Source: Octopus vulgaris
Taxonomy: Eukaryota
Direction: 5' to 3'
Length of the DNA stretch: 64,000 nucleotides
NCBI GenBank assembly: GCA_951406725.2
Contig: OX597816.1
Span: 44,578,001 to 44,642,000, forward strand
Below, piece after piece: positions 40,375-58,405 of the stretch. A program made the position numbers and the translations under genes. Within the stretch, counting starts at the first letter, position 1. Each line of letters begins with the position of its first letter. Under the pieces are notes generated by a model. The model saw only the letters and a program-made list of their open reading frames with translations, searched no databases and was not told the DNA's origin.

Positions 40375-41290
40375 TTGTTCCTAATGAAACGATCTAGTGG
40401 AATTGTTATGAGGCCGGGGAAAATGCTTAGCGGTATTTCCTCTGTCTTTATGTTCTGAGCTCAAAATCCTGCCAAGGTCGACTTTATCTTCCATCGATTC
40501 GAGGTCGATGAAAGAAGTACTAGTTATGCACTGGGGTCGATATAATCGATTAGCCCCTCTCCAAAAGTTTATGGTTTTGTGCCTTTAGTAGAAAAGAATA
40601 TTATAGATGTTATTAATGAAGCAAGCTGGCAGAATCGTTAGCTTGCCGAGCGAAAGGCTGAGCGACATTTCGTACATCTTTGCGTTTTGAGTTCGAATTC
40701 CTCCGAGGTCGACTTTGCTTTTCATCATTTCAGGGTCGATAAAATAAGTACCAGTCGAACACTTGGGTCGACGTAATCGATAAGTCCTCAGTCCCGAAAT
40801 TATTGGCCTAGTGCCAAAATTTGAAATCAGTATTATAGATGATACTAATGCGATGAGCTGGCAGAATCATTAGCACACCGGGCGAAATGCTTAGCGGTAT
40901 TTCGTCTACCGCTACGTTCTGAATTCAAATTCCGCCGAGGTCGTCTTTGCCTTTCATCCTTTCGGGGTTGATAAATTAAGTACCCGTTACGCACTTGGGT
41001 CGATGTAATCGACTTAACCCCTTTGTCCGTCCTTGTTTGTCCCCTCTATGTTTAGCCCCTTGTGGGCAATAAAGAAATAAATATCATTAGCAACCAGACA
41101 AAATGCGTAACGGTATTTCGTCTGTCTGTATGTTCTGAGTTCGAATTCAGCCGACGGCAACATTGCCTTTCACCCTTCGGGGACGATAAAATAAGTTATT
41201 CACTTATTTTGAGTACTCGGATTGATATAATCGACTTATCTCTTCCCAAATCATTGCTTGTCTTGTACCAAACGTTGAAATCAATGTTAT
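40375..41290 (+). mobile_element. Cluster of four or more head-to-tail or nested SINE family 1 copies of different ages
   Basis: Repeated GTTCTGAGTTC(A/G)AATTCC...GGTCGACTTTG...GTCGAT cores at about 40450, 40685, 40915 and 41130. Confidence 0.85.
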
Positions 41291-41666
41291 TGATGTTCCT
41301 AAGATCCGACGAAATTTCAGAAATGAAGAATAAAGGACCAATGTCTTTGTGGTATAGGTCAACAGTGGAACGCCTTTGATCATAGATCTTCTCGATCTGG
41401 TGGTAAACACCAACAACAGCAGTAATAGTAGTGGCAGTAGCAGCAGCTAGAATGTGAAAACCATCGACTGAAATATCTATTACTGCCTCTTCTCTGATAC
41501 ATTAGTGGCAGTTTCCTTTCCGTTATTACAGCAGCAACAACATCGACAAACAACACAGAAGCAACAGCAAACAACAATAACTCAGACACAATCCATCAAG
41601 TGGAACCAAAATACCAAACTTAACTGCTATAATGTAGTAGAATCGCACAATGCTGTTTATACTGAA

Positions 41667-42058
41667 CTAGCAGTATCGCCCGGCGTTGCTCGGATTTGTA
41701 AGGGAAATAACTATACAGCATTTTTAGAGAGTTATAGCCAAAAAATAGCAAAAAATGCATTAAAAATGGAAAAAATATGATGGTAAATTTTTTTTAAATC
41801 GTTGACTCATCGTAGACATTTTTAGAGAGTTACTTCCCTTTAAAAAAATATGCATGAAAATGGAAAAAAATGATGGTAAATTATTTTTAAAATCGTAGAC
41901 TCATCGTAGACACGCGCTAATACCCAGAAGGGCTCGATATGAATCACGACTATAAGATACCCGGTTTTGGTTAAACTGCACCGCAAAATGTGGGAGTAGT
42001 TAGGAATCTAAATCGAAGGGGACAGACACTCACACAACTACAGTTTTATATATATAGA
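41667..42058 (-). mobile_element. Non-autonomous Helitron, same family as 31401-31800
   Basis: CTAGCAGTATCGCCCGGCGTTGCTCGG...TTTTATATATATAGA on the plus strand, with an AT target. Confidence 0.8.
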
Positions 42059-42631
42059 TATTAGGAAGTGACAAAGAAGACGCATGCGTTTCGTGAACTG
42101 ACATTTCAGATCATTGCAGTCTCCTATATTTTGTTTCGTGATGAAGAGACGGCCAACGGTAAGATACGTGAAGCGGTAAAATAACAAAAGCTTTCGACAA
42201 AGATAACTAAGGTGGGAGAATTTGATCGATAAAATAACGTGGTTTCCAGTCTACACCGTAGCCATCCTCTGAAGGGTCATGGCCTTGTGCAAAAAAAAAA
42301 AAATTAGAAATACTTATTGTTGTTGTTCATATTGTTTTTGTTAATGTTATTGCATTTTTTTTTTAGTTTTTTTTTTTTAGTTTCTGTCGCTGATTATTTC
42401 CGCTAGCTTTGTACAGTGTACTTCTCTGTGGTGAAGAAGTACAGTCTGCATCCACGTGGTTTCGAGTTCAATCCCATTGCTCGGAGCGTTATGTGTCTTC
42501 TACTATAGGCCGGGACAGCCACTGCTGTGTGAGAGTATTTGATAAACAAAAGGTATGTGGAAGCCCGTCCAATGCGTGTGTGTGTGTGTGTGAGTACATA
42601 TATACGTATAAATATATATGTCGATATATTC

Positions 42632-42728
<97 letters not shown>

Positions 42729-44419
42729 TACATATATACATATATACGTATGTGTGTGTGTGTTCGTGTGTCTGTGTCTGTCTTTGACAACGAGTGTTGG
42801 TTTGGTCACGTCCCCGTTACTTACCGTTTCAGCATAAGGGATCGGTAGGATAAATGTCAGATTTTAAAATAAGAACTAGGGTCGATTCGTTAAACCAACC
42901 TCTTCAAAGTGGTGCCACAGCATAGCCACAGCCCATCGACAGAAACAAGTAAAAGATAATAGACAGAATTTGTGAGCTCTGAATGAGCAAGCCCAAGAGG
43001 AAAACCATTCCGGCCGTGGCTGTCCAGTTTTGCTTATTTCAGTCAATGTGCCAAGAGCTATGTACTGCAAATAATTGCTTTCCCATATTAGGGTGGATGA
43101 GAGTCATTCTGTTTGCTGTTCCTATTTTTATTGCAGTTATTCTCGGTGTTATTGCTGTAATTATTATCGCTAGTGCTAATGTTAACTTAATCACTGTTGT
43201 TGAGGAAATACAGTAAATGGCTCTCCGTCGGTTTCGATGACCAGGAGGAGGGAGGGAGGTTATAGGACCTTATTTCGGTTGAGAGTAGATATGATAAATT
43301 TTGTCCTATTGTTTTGTCCATAATTAGCATGAAACAGTATGTGATGATGCTGAACCTTTGATTTGGGGTTACAATGAAATCTACAGACCTCCGAACAGTT
43401 TCCATTTAACCAGTTTCAGTGACAAATCTAAGGCATATAACATACGCCCAATTTGTCACTCGAACGTAAGATCTCATGATTTCGGAGCGAAAGTCTTAAC
43501 CGTTCGACCAGACTATGTATATAGCGTATAAGATTTTTTCATCTCCTTCCCACTGACTAAACTCCGAAAAAAAGAAAAAAAAAGAGGCAAAGTTTTAAAT
43601 TCGTGTGCTAAATGTTATTTTGTCATTGTTTTTGTTGTTATTGTTGTTTTTGTTACTGATGCTGCAACAATCGCTGCCATTATTGTTCTTACTAGTATCG
43701 ATTTGGCTTCATTGTTACTGCCGTTGTTATTAATTTTGCATCTTATTATACTCGCCGGTTTTCTTAATCTTGTTATTCTTGCTGTCGTTCTTGATATTGT
43801 TGTTAATGTCATTATTGTTATTTCTACTGTCGTTACTGTTTTGCTTCTTCTTCTTCTTCTTCTTGTTATTGATCTACTAGTAACCTTAGTCTTCCTTCCC
43901 GTTTTTTTTTTTCCTTAATTATTTTTCTCTCGGTTGATACCCGTGTCATAAATTAGTTTGTGTAGTAATTTTAGATGCTTATTCATACAAGAGACGCAAG
44001 TGAGATTATGTCTTTAATGAAACAATATCTAGTAAGCTTAATACTTCTTTGATCATTAATGCTTATATTTTGTGATTTTTTAACGTTGTTTCTTTAATTT
44101 AAAACGCAGGATGGTAGAGAATTGATGTTTTTCTATAGCTGAATACGAAGATCAGTCCCTATCTACACTCTACAGGGGTCTTTGAGACAGCATGGGCGAA
44201 GGGGATTACATCAATGACTCATTCGTTGTTAAATAGCCACATGTTAGCTCTGACTGAGCTAACAATCATAAACTTTCCAAATGTGATCATCCACTCATCA
44301 AAAAAATATTGTTTGTTATACCTTAAAATTTTTAAGACGTTAATGGGAGGTTTGAGAGAAATTTTATTGCTGTTTCTAACAAATCGATCCAAAATATAGT
44401 GGAATTTAAAAGCGTCGAT

Positions 44420-45470
44420 GAAGGTCCGGTATAAAACGAAAGTACCTGTCTTCAGTCTTTTCGACCTAGTCCATTATACAGCCTCTTTCGCTTCAGCCGC
44501 CAGACAGAGAAAAACTGCCTTTCTTCAGGGCCAAAATTAGACAGTATGGGTGCGAGCGGGACAGTTTCGTTGTTCAGTGTCTATCTCGTGCCGACCCGGC
44601 AGACAACACAGTCATGCCTGTAGAATTGATCCCACGACTTAGGTAGCAATGCCAGGAAAGGGGTTTCTATAAATTATCCATAAGTCCTGGATCGAATGTT
44701 CGCTTGAAAAAAATTGCTAGACAATCTTCTTCATGACCAGCATTTCCTCGAAGATGGTGTCGCTCTCGCCCGTCAATAAGCCTTATAGAAGCCCGTGTTA
44801 ACATTTCTACAGACTCATTTTCCTGATTGGTAGAGAGCTGTAAGCATCCAACAACAATTTAGGTTCCACGTGCCTTGCCTCGGTTTACATTTATCCCAAG
44901 ATTACAGAGACGATCTGTGGAAAAGAGTGTCTGAAAAAGGTGACCACAACTGCTTCTGGAAAGTCGTGGCCTTTGCGCATGTCTGTATACCATTAGCCAC
45001 AGCATGCCTAGTTCTCCATGCAGAGGATGTTAACATCAAATAGACTATCTGATCAACTGAATCCGTCTCCTATACAAAAAGCAGAGGGAGCAAGCGTTCC
45101 AGTCAAGTCAACCATGAAGCGGGACAACGCACAATGGTCAGGTGATATTAGATGATGGATGAGGTGTAGCCGTTCACCACGTCCGTTTTACTATCAGGTG
45201 ATGGCGTCCTCTCAATCTTTCATGGTTGATAATTGTCACTCTTTTCAACAGTTTCTTCAGTTCCTATCCACCTGGAGGTTTGAACCAAATCAGACCCCGA
45301 GGAAATTTAACCGCTTCTTCCACCCAGAGCCCCACAATGCTGTCAAGCAACTTGAATATTCTTCTCTAAGTACAGAACTGCAAACTGAGATTTCCTGGTC
45401 AATTTTGATACCTGTTATTACTTCGCTCACCTTCAGATTAATGTCAGCCAACTTGAAGTGCAGTGCCAGT
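44420..45470 (-). mobile_element. Decayed Tx1/L1-clade LINE ORF2 (RT thumb to C-terminal region)
   Basis: Minus-strand pieces: EVITGIKIDQEISV; VGLWVEEAVKF/LGV*FGSNLQVDRN; FKRTFDPGLMDNL*KPLSWHCY; NETV; KAVFLCLAAEAKEAV*WTR. These resemble the Tx1-type G.KIN..KS, LGVWFG and AK..IW..R motifs. Confidence 0.7.
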
Positions 45471-46130
45471 CACCCCCAAAAAAAAGTAACGAAATAATAA
45501 CAGGATGCTAAACTTTCATATTTATGTTGTTCATTCCAAAATTAGAAGTCATAGATTTTTTTATTGTACATAAGATATAAGGAATTGTGTGTTTTATAGT
45601 TTCCAAGAAATCTAAAAGATTTGAGCTACGTATCGAAACAAAATTTTATAAGTCCCGTAACACGCGTAATATTAATTGTACTCGCCCTTAATTATGTTAT
45701 TTTGTCTTATCTATAATATAAATTGGACATGGGTGATCGTTGTATTCTTTCTTGTCTTGAGGTTCACAGCTAAATGGCTGGGTGGATTCGCATGAAAAAT
45801 GGCACACATATGGAGAAAGGTGCATAGATTGGAATGCAGTTTGTATTTTTTCCTAGCCCCCATACTTACCGAGAAAATAGATTAAAACTTTTTCTAATGG
45901 AATTACCCTCTTTCTTCCGCCATTAAAATAACCAGTTGCTTGGAAGCTGTTTTCTGATGGGGTGGGGCCCGGAAATTATGGATCTCTTCAGACTTTACGG
46001 ATCAGAACTAAACTTAATCTGAATGAATATTTATAATTCAGTCAATGTAAACCTTTATATTCATAAGTATTCTAAACCAGAATAATTGTCTAGAAAAACG
46101 GTTAACCCGCTACTTGATAGATTCCAATAC

Positions 46131-46345
46131 CTATTTCTTTATTACCCACAAGGGGCTAAACACAGAGAGGACAAAGAAGGACAGACGGTTTAAGTCGATT
46201 ACATCGACCCCAGTGCGTAACTGGTACTTAATTTATCGACCCCGAAAGGATGAAAGGCCAAGTCGGCCTTGGCGGAATTTGAACTCAGAACCTAACGGCA
46301 GACGAAATACGGCTACGCATTTCGCCCGGCGTGCTAACGATTCCA
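46131..46345 (-). mobile_element. SINE family 1, slightly 5'-truncated
   Basis: TSD GATTCCAATACC at about 46120-46131 and 46339-46350. Confidence 0.9.
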
Positions 46346-47524
46346 ATACCGACACAGTACATCGTTTACTCTATAACTGAAATGTTTTCTCTTCTTGTCT
46401 TTTTTTTTTCTACGGATTCTCTTAAGGTTTCTATCCGTTCGAGTAAGCCTGCTACTCCTTATATTCTTCTTACTTTAACTCACCTTCTTTAATTTGTATC
46501 GTCATTAAGGTTTGCTTCAATCAAGCGAGAATCACACTCCTCAAGAGTACTGCTAAAAGAAGTCTTTATGTGTTTGTTTGACCTGCCAGAAATATCAGCC
46601 AAATATCCACCAGTTCATGTTCTGTAACATTTGAAAAGGATATATTAAATAATATTGTACTGCATATACGTGAATGGAATGATCAAAGTTTTAGCATATG
46701 TCATAAAGCCAAGAACAGTAACACAGCTCTAGACATCTTCATTGCTAACGTTTGGTTTGCTTTTCTCCCAAAAGCCTCAACCTACAAACTTGTTCTGTAT
46801 TTCCTAAACTAAGGCACAGGAGTCATCTAGTGGTATACCACTAAAGCGATGTTGTCGTTACTTACTTCCACTCTATCTTTCAAAACCAGTTCACTCACAG
46901 GCAAATTCTCAGTAAGATTATAAAACCTTGCTAGTGACCTTTACCCGGCTTTTCTCTAGCTGGAGATCTCGTCCAAACATGACAGTGGAACGCATACTGT
47001 CATGAACTCCTGAGGCTTTTCCAGTTTTGTGCCAATCACTCCAGTTTTTGAAGAGTTCGACATCATGATAGATACATTACTGGCATTGGCAGATACAGCT
47101 CTTCTAAGTCCCACTTCAAGCGAGAAGCCACTCAAAAAGTGCCTTACACTCGCAGTACTTACTCTGACAACTCGGCACATTCATTGAGGAGTGCGTGATA
47201 AGGAGGAATTGAGAGATGTAACCGCTTAGCTTGATCACTATCAGATGCCGCATTGTAGCGATCGAGTCTCAGAAGAAGAGACCGAAACCGACTGCGCGAA
47301 GGAAAGATTCTAGTGATATGACTCATTGTTATGCACTTTGATCTAATCGGAATTTATTAGCGCCTCACTGAAGGCAGATTTATTCACGAGTCGCTCTGTT
47401 ACGTATAGCAAAATGATATTGTTGTGAACTGTGTTAAATAATAAGGATCACCTCTACTAAGAGTCGTCCAGTAATCACCTAACCGCAGCTAGTATAACCA
47501 GTAATACAGTTCTATATTTTAGCA

Positions 47525-47724
47525 ATGAGGAATTATGTACATTATTTACATTATTTACATTTGACGGATATTTGTCCTCATCTTGTTTGTTGTTAACACA
47601 ATGTTTCGGCTGATATACCCTCCAGCCTTCGAAATTTCCCCAAGACACCTGATGAAGGCAAGTAGGTATATCAGCCGAAACGTTGTATTAACGTCAAACA
47701 AGATGAGGACAAATATCCGTCAAA
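47525..47724. mobile_element. Penelope-like inverted pLTR pair with a hammerhead motif
   Basis: Inverted arms at 47560-47630 and 47654-47724. Plus strand 47644-47689: GACAC-CUGAUGA-AGGC...GCC-GAAACGUU-GUAUU. Same family as 54555-54690. Confidence 0.75.
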
Positions 47725-48787
47725 AGGTACCCAATAAGTTTGAATTGTAGCAATAAAGCTTATTAGGCTAACCGTCCAGCTCCAACGAGAGAGAGAAAGG
47801 TTCATCCTTCGTCTTGGTCATTGTAGAACAGAACATTCTGTCTTGTTTGCTTGAAACATTTACTTTTCCTGCCCTCATCAACCACCCACAAGCATTAAAA
47901 AAAACAAAATCCTAGAAGTTTCCTTATATGCAATAAACATCTAGAACTATAGGGACGTTCCTTTCCATTATAACAACCTCGTTGTTTTCCGCTATTGCCA
48001 AAAACAATTGTCTCATCCCGATGACGCGGTTCAATGCTGGCGATGCAGATATGTCCATGCATTGTTCCATACAGATTAAAATCGTTACAGTTCTTGTACG
48101 ACACATGTGCTCGTGTCTTTATGCTCGATATAACAAACGGATGGTTGTGACAATCGTATGTTGCTCCCTTCTCGGTACCTACTCGGATGCTAATTATGCA
48201 TGTTGTTGGCTTTTGAACCGAATGCTGCAATTCCTGCTCTCGGCGAAAGGCAGTATGGCAAAATGTTATTTTTCAGGCGCTAGTAGACCCTTGTTGACGG
48301 AAATATCAACGGATTGGGTAGAGTCACCCTTACATTTTTCATCACTTCCACTTTTTCTTGATTTGCTGTCACGCATTATACTAATAAAGGATATCTTCCC
48401 TGTGGTCTTATTGTTATTGCAGCTTCAAAAGCAGCGCGGCCTGTCTTACTAATAGGTCGTTGGCTTGACGTTTTAATGAAATCTAGCATAAACATCTTTT
48501 ATTGTCTGGGGAGAGTCATTCTCTTTTAGTGCCTTATTAACTTAACACACACACCGGTCTGATTTCCACTCATTTAATATTTTAACTAAAATTTTTGCTG
48601 CAAATTGCAACCTTTTCAGTTGTCATTGATTCTGTTCATCAACAACACAAATTGCCCCTGCCACTTCCCAAGCTTTTAGTCATGCTGTAATATCTATTAT
48701 CCTTCACTCACCCTGGGATGCTGCGTGTGTCTAGGCAAATGTGCTTGTATGTGTTTGATTGTAACAAACATGCAGATTAAAAGTGAA

Positions 48788-48862
<75 letters not shown>

Positions 48863-48863
<1 letters not shown>

Positions 48864-49415
48864 CCCTGATGCAGTACCAGGCAGTGGCTCTCATGGCTTC
48901 TGATCTTAACTGATTGGAAGTGTTATCATGTACATTGTTTTGTCTTGGTATAAAAGATGGGCTACAGCAAATATTCTGCTCAATACCACAGATTTGCTTG
49001 TCAGTTGTATGACCTTAACCAGTTGAGCATGTCCCTTAGTGGCTGACGATATGTGCATCTCTGATCACGAGCAGAAGTAGTGGGGGAGCATCATAGCCAT
49101 GTGTTGAGAGGGATTCTTTGGAGTTTGAATAATTCACCTCTGGAAACATGGGTGGTTTTTTCAACATCCTTAAACAACCCTTATCAGGGACCTTTTGAGC
49201 GGGATGGGCTACTCAACCTGAAGAAAATTCTAACTGGGCCCCACCTGCAAGGTCATGTGCTGTTTATCTTGATATGAGATCACTATGTCGCGCACATTTG
49301 GTTGTGATGCATGTGCCTGGTGTACCCTTATCAGACGGGTAGTCATGATGGGTATATTGGGCTTCGTATATTTTACCCCAGTGTCACTTTGATGGCATGA
49401 ACTTCTCTCTCACTC
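48863..49415 (+). mobile_element. ~550-bp element inserted in an (AAT)n microsatellite; class uncertain, possibly the 3' end of a microsatellite-targeting non-LTR retrotransposon
   Basis: Complex sequence with sharp boundaries and pure (AAT)n on both sides. No recognisable ORF. Confidence 0.55.
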
Positions 49416-52885
<3,470 letters not shown>

Positions 52886-53191
52886 TAAAAAATGATTATA
52901 ATGCTGTTTTCTGTCGCCAGTACCAAGTGGTATCAGAAGGAAGATAAATGCTGTTTATATAAATATAACTTTTATTTTCCATAACCATCTTTTCTCCTCA
53001 CATAACATTGATAAATTAATATAGACGAAATAAATTAATATCCATTCACGCACATACTCGTACGTTTACTTGCACATACGTACATGTTGATAAATACTTA
53101 TTTTCAGTTATGTATGATATATTAATATGCGTGTGTAAATATGTTCAATGAAGAATATGTATGCTCATCAGTATGCCTATGTTTGATATGA

Positions 53192-53241
<50 letters not shown>

Positions 53242-53249
53242 TATACATA

Positions 53250-53291
<42 letters not shown>

Positions 53292-53364
53292 CTCATTATA
53301 TATGTACATTTATGGAATACAAATACACACACACATACACATACACAAACACACACACACACAC

Positions 53365-53398
<34 letters not shown>

Positions 53399-54229
53399 GG
53401 TCCTTTATACACCCTACTGACGCAGTCATTCATCATTTGACATCACACATGAGATACGTAGGATGTTTGACCTATGGCAGCGTATCAAGTAATTGTGGTG
53501 GGTGGGTGTGTAAATGAATAGGACGTATGTGCATCTATCTTCTTTATATGAGTGTGTGTGTGTGCGTATAATATATTTATAAATATATATATATATACAC
53601 ATACAAACAAATATAAACACTGCATATATGTATTTATATTTATAAGTATGTAGTTGTTTGTGCTTCTGTATACATACAAATATATACGCATGTGTGTGTA
53701 TGTATGTGTGTGATGAGGTGAATAGGCATAATGAGAGGTGTATATATGGAGCGAGAGAAAGCTGTAGAAATTTATATATACATGTTGACGCGTAAACAGA
53801 TATTGATATAGAGTGAATATGAGAGTGAGAGAGGGGGAGAAGAGAGAGAGATTATTCTGAAGTTAATGAATGCGGGAAAACGGGCGCTGTCGAAAAAGGA
53901 AAGCAAATCCCAGGAGTAGGTAAATGAAAAATCAGTTGATGGGTTGTAGATTGACCTTACAAAATAACAGAACCGAGAAGGATTAGAAATGTTTATGAAT
54001 ACAGTAGTGGGGTTAGAAATGTTTAAGAATAAAGTAATGATTTATAAGGTATAGGAAGATACTCTTACAGTTACTGCTCTCTCCCCCACAACAACTTCTA
54101 CTTATAATATCGTTAGTACTATTGCCGAGGTTTCGATCACAAATCTTGATACAACTTATGAATTCTTTTTAATATTTTATTGACATATTTACAAAATGAT
54201 ATTTCTGGTGGGGACCGTCGTTAGAAACC

Positions 54230-54690
54230 TCATCAGTTTTTCAAAACAAGGTTTAAACAGCTATTCACTCTTTCCGCAACACATAAAGAGAAAAGTGCAA
54301 TATCTCTCGTGGTATATTTGGAACTTAAAGGAAATAATATGAATAGCTATATGTCCTGCGCACAAATAGATAATGCTATTTTAGATGTAAAATGCTTTGG
54401 TAAGTGACTACTACAAGTTTCAAAGAAAATACAGCATAATGATGCATGGTCATTATAGGAACTGGAGCATATCGGGGCATAACTGGTGTTTACATTTGGT
54501 TGTAACTTCATTGAGGCTTCCGATATATCAAGCAAGACGCTTGATAATTTCTCCAAGACACCTGATGAAGGCTGGAGTGTATATCAGCCAAAACGTTGTG
54601 TTAACAACAAACAAGATGAGGAGAAATATCCGTCAAATATAAATAATGTAAGTAATGTAAATAATATACATAATTCCTCATCTCTTAAAT
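54230..54690 (+). mobile_element. Penelope-like element 3' remnant: decayed GIY-YIG endonuclease C-terminal region followed by a pLTR with a hammerhead motif
   Basis: FKTRFKQLFTLFRN...LSWYIWNLKE resembles the Penelope FK.R...H..SF....T.LS.YIW.LK motif. 54557-54602: GACAC-CUGAUGA-AGGCUG...CAGCC-AAAACGUU-GUGUU, with the core G12 mutated to A. Confidence 0.7.
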
Positions 54691-54867
54691 ATACAACTGC
54701 ATTTTACTATATATATTTCGGAATGTATCGATATACATTGTTTCGCCACAGATTTTAACAGTGCTTCACTTTTGCAGTACCGCTTATAAGGCAGTAAATT
54801 ATATATATATCGAATAAAATATTTATAAGAATACTATTGTATTATTGGTGATGCCGTTCGTAATAAT

Positions 54868-55330
54868 CTTTTCTACTATAGATACAAAGCCTGAAATTTG
54901 GGGGAAGGGACCAGTCGATTACATCGACCCCAGTGCATAACTGGTACTTAATTTATCGACCTCGAAAGGATGAAAGGTAGAGCAGACCTCGGCGAAATTT
55001 GAATTCAGAACGTAGCGACTGGCGAAATACCTATTTCTTTACTACCCACAAGGGGCTAAACACAGAGAAGGACAAACAAGGGCAGACAAACGGATTAAGT
55101 CGATTATATCGACCCCAGTGTGTAACTGGTGGCTTAATTTATCAACCCCGAAAGGATGAAAGGCAAAGACGACCTTGGCGGAATTTGAACTCAGAACATA
55201 AAGGCAGACGAAATACGGCGACGCATTTCGCCCGGCGTGCTAACGTTTCTGCCAGCTCACTGCCTCGATCGGCGAAATACCGATAAGGATTACGTCCAGC
55301 GTGCTAACGGTTCTTCCAGCTCGGCGCCTT
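54868..55330 (-). mobile_element. Nested SINE family 1: a younger copy (about 55032-55266) inside an older copy
   Basis: TSD GGCGAAATACC at 55021-55031 and 55271-55281. The outer element continues on both sides. Confidence 0.9.
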
Positions 55331-55577
55331 GATAGCGTTCGTCATAATGCCAAGACGGATATCACTTTAGTATAGCTTACCAAACTAGAGTGATAGAGAA
55401 AATAAATTCAAGTGTGGAATTTTCTCTTTTTTTGATATTTTACATCATTTTACTAATGAGACTGCGATAAACTGGCATCCTGGGTTACTTTTATGCCATA
55501 GAAATCAAATAGCTGGCCCAAGAGCTCGATATAATAATGTACATGAGTTTATAATGATGATCATGATGAATTTGGTT

Positions 55578-56070
55578 AGGTGTAGGAGTGGCTGAGTGGT
55601 TAGTACCATGCTTACGAACCACATGGTTCCAGGTTCATTCCCACAGCGTGGCACCTTGGGCAAGTGTCTTCTACTAAAGCGTCGGGCCGACCAAAGCCTT
55701 GTGAGTGGATTTGGTAGACGGAAACTGAAAGAAGCCCGTCGTATATATGTATATGGTTTGTATATGTTTGTGTGTCTGTGTTTGTTCCCCAACATTGCTT
55801 GACAACCGATGCTGGTGTGTTTACGTCCCTGTAACTTAGCGATTCGGCAAAAGAGACCGATAGAGTAAGTACTGTTTCCCCCCACCATCGCTTGACAACC
55901 GATGCTGGTGTGCTTACATCCCCGCAATTAGCGGTTCGACGAAAGAGACCGATAGAATAAGTACTAGGCTTACATAGAATAAGTCCTGGGGTCGATTTGC
56001 TCGACTAAAGGCGGTGCTCCAGCATGGCCACAGTCAAATGACTGAAACAAGTAAAAGAGAAAACGAGTAT
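55578..56070 (+). mobile_element. SINE family 2 with a duplicated 3' segment
   Basis: GGTGTAGGAGTGGCTGAGTGG...; the segment GCTTGACAACCGATGCTGGTGTG...GAGACCGATAGA occurs twice. Confidence 0.85.
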
Positions 56071-56519
56071 AAGAGTATACGCTTTATGTTGCTACCTTTA
56101 TAGACTCATGTCATCATTATTTCTATATGGATGGCTACATAGATGAATAATTCGATGTATATGGACTGGCACACTTCTTTTATGTAGATAGGCTCCCTCC
56201 CTGTGAAGTAAATTCCACAAAGACGTCTTTAACAGCTTGAAACATTTTATTTGTTATTTAACAAACAATCAGAATTTCATCAGCTTCCTCTCCTATACTG
56301 CTGATGACAGAAACGGAGACCTAATGGATAAAATTTAATCACTTTGTATTTAGGCATAATTAATAAACATTTCGGTTGGCAAGGTGAAAGAACTCTGTTG
56401 AATTTTCAAATAACAATGAAAACGATCCGAAATTTTTTCCTCATCTCTCGCCACTGAAATGTCCTCATGGGGTTAATTTCACAGAGAATAACTACATAAA
56501 GATATGATACATCCACAGA

Positions 56520-56809
<290 letters not shown>

Positions 56810-56816
56810 TGTGTGT

Positions 56817-56863
<47 letters not shown>

Positions 56864-57040
56864 GTATACACATATGCATATATATATATATATATATATA
56901 TATGTACGTATACACATATGCATATATATATATATATGTACGTATACACATATGCATATATATATATATATATATGTACGTATACACACACACATATACA
57001 TACATGTATAGATACAATTAAATATATGTATGTGTGTATG

Positions 57041-57097
<57 letters not shown>

Positions 57098-57431
57098 ATG
57101 TTTGTATTTGTACACACACACAGATGTTCATACATACATGAGTGTACGTATGCACATTAAGAGAAAGTCGTCCGCATTTCCGCATAATTGCATATATTGT
57201 TTAACATGACAATATGCCTGCCGGTGATGATGTAAATTTTATGGTCTCCAGATTTACATTAGACACTTGATAAATAGTAGTTTCTTTTGTGTCCGATTCT
57301 CTTTGTTTCAGAATTTAATAATTTTTCTCAATCCAGACAGAAGCACAACATAACGATGGTGGGTGGCGAAGACGGCGGCCATCTTGATGGTTGTAGCGGT
57401 GGCGGCGGCGGTAGTGCATTCATCGCCGTCG

Positions 57432-57480
<49 letters not shown>

Positions 57481-57662
57481 TATCATCACTCTCATCACCT
57501 CCAACTGCCGCCACCCCCGCCATCACTATTCTTCTTCCTCCTTTCCCTCATCCTCCTCATCGACTTATCATCGTGGTCATCGTTATCATCGTTACTATCG
57601 TCTTTGTTATCATCAATACCATCATCATCATCACCATCATCAATATCATCATCACCATCATC

Positions 57663-57694
<32 letters not shown>

Positions 57695-58303
57695 TTTTTT
57701 TTCCTTTCCATCAAGTTAACTTCCAATCTTGTGTATACGATAGCACAGACGTTGTATTATTATTTCGCTCTTTTGTAGTGAAAATATAATTTGGTTTCAG
57801 TGTAGAGACGACAATAGGAATTTCGGTGGCGAGGCTGATGCGGGGGTAGATGATGGTGATGGTGACATTTCTTGTTTCGTCTCAAAATTCTTTTGTTATT
57901 TGTTTACATTGTATTTTTTTTGTTGTTGTTTTCTTTTCAATATTTTCTTCTCGAGTTATTTCGTTTGTTGGTCGATTCTGTCTTGTTCGATTTTTTTTTT
58001 ATTATAATAGTTTTTATAGTATATTTTTTTATGTTTTCATGTTTTCTTCGTCTCCATCAACCTCCCTCAACCTCCCTCCCTCCACCTCCCTCCCTCCCAC
58101 TCTCTGAATATGTGTGTGTGCGTGCAAGCGTTTGTGTATGTTTATATGTGTGTGTTTTCGGTTGATAGTACAAAATGTGTATCAACTTTGAGACAAACAC
58201 TAATCGACTACATTCTCATCATAGTAATGTTGAACTGCGATGCTTATTGGTGTATTTAAATTTATTTACATCTAAGAAACCATTATTACTTCTATTATTG
58301 TGG

Positions 58304-58405
<102 letters not shown>

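Noticed and set aside
57375-57388. YY1-like motif CGGCCATCTTG as a promoter mark
   Set aside because: A single short motif in low-complexity sequence, with no other promoter evidence.
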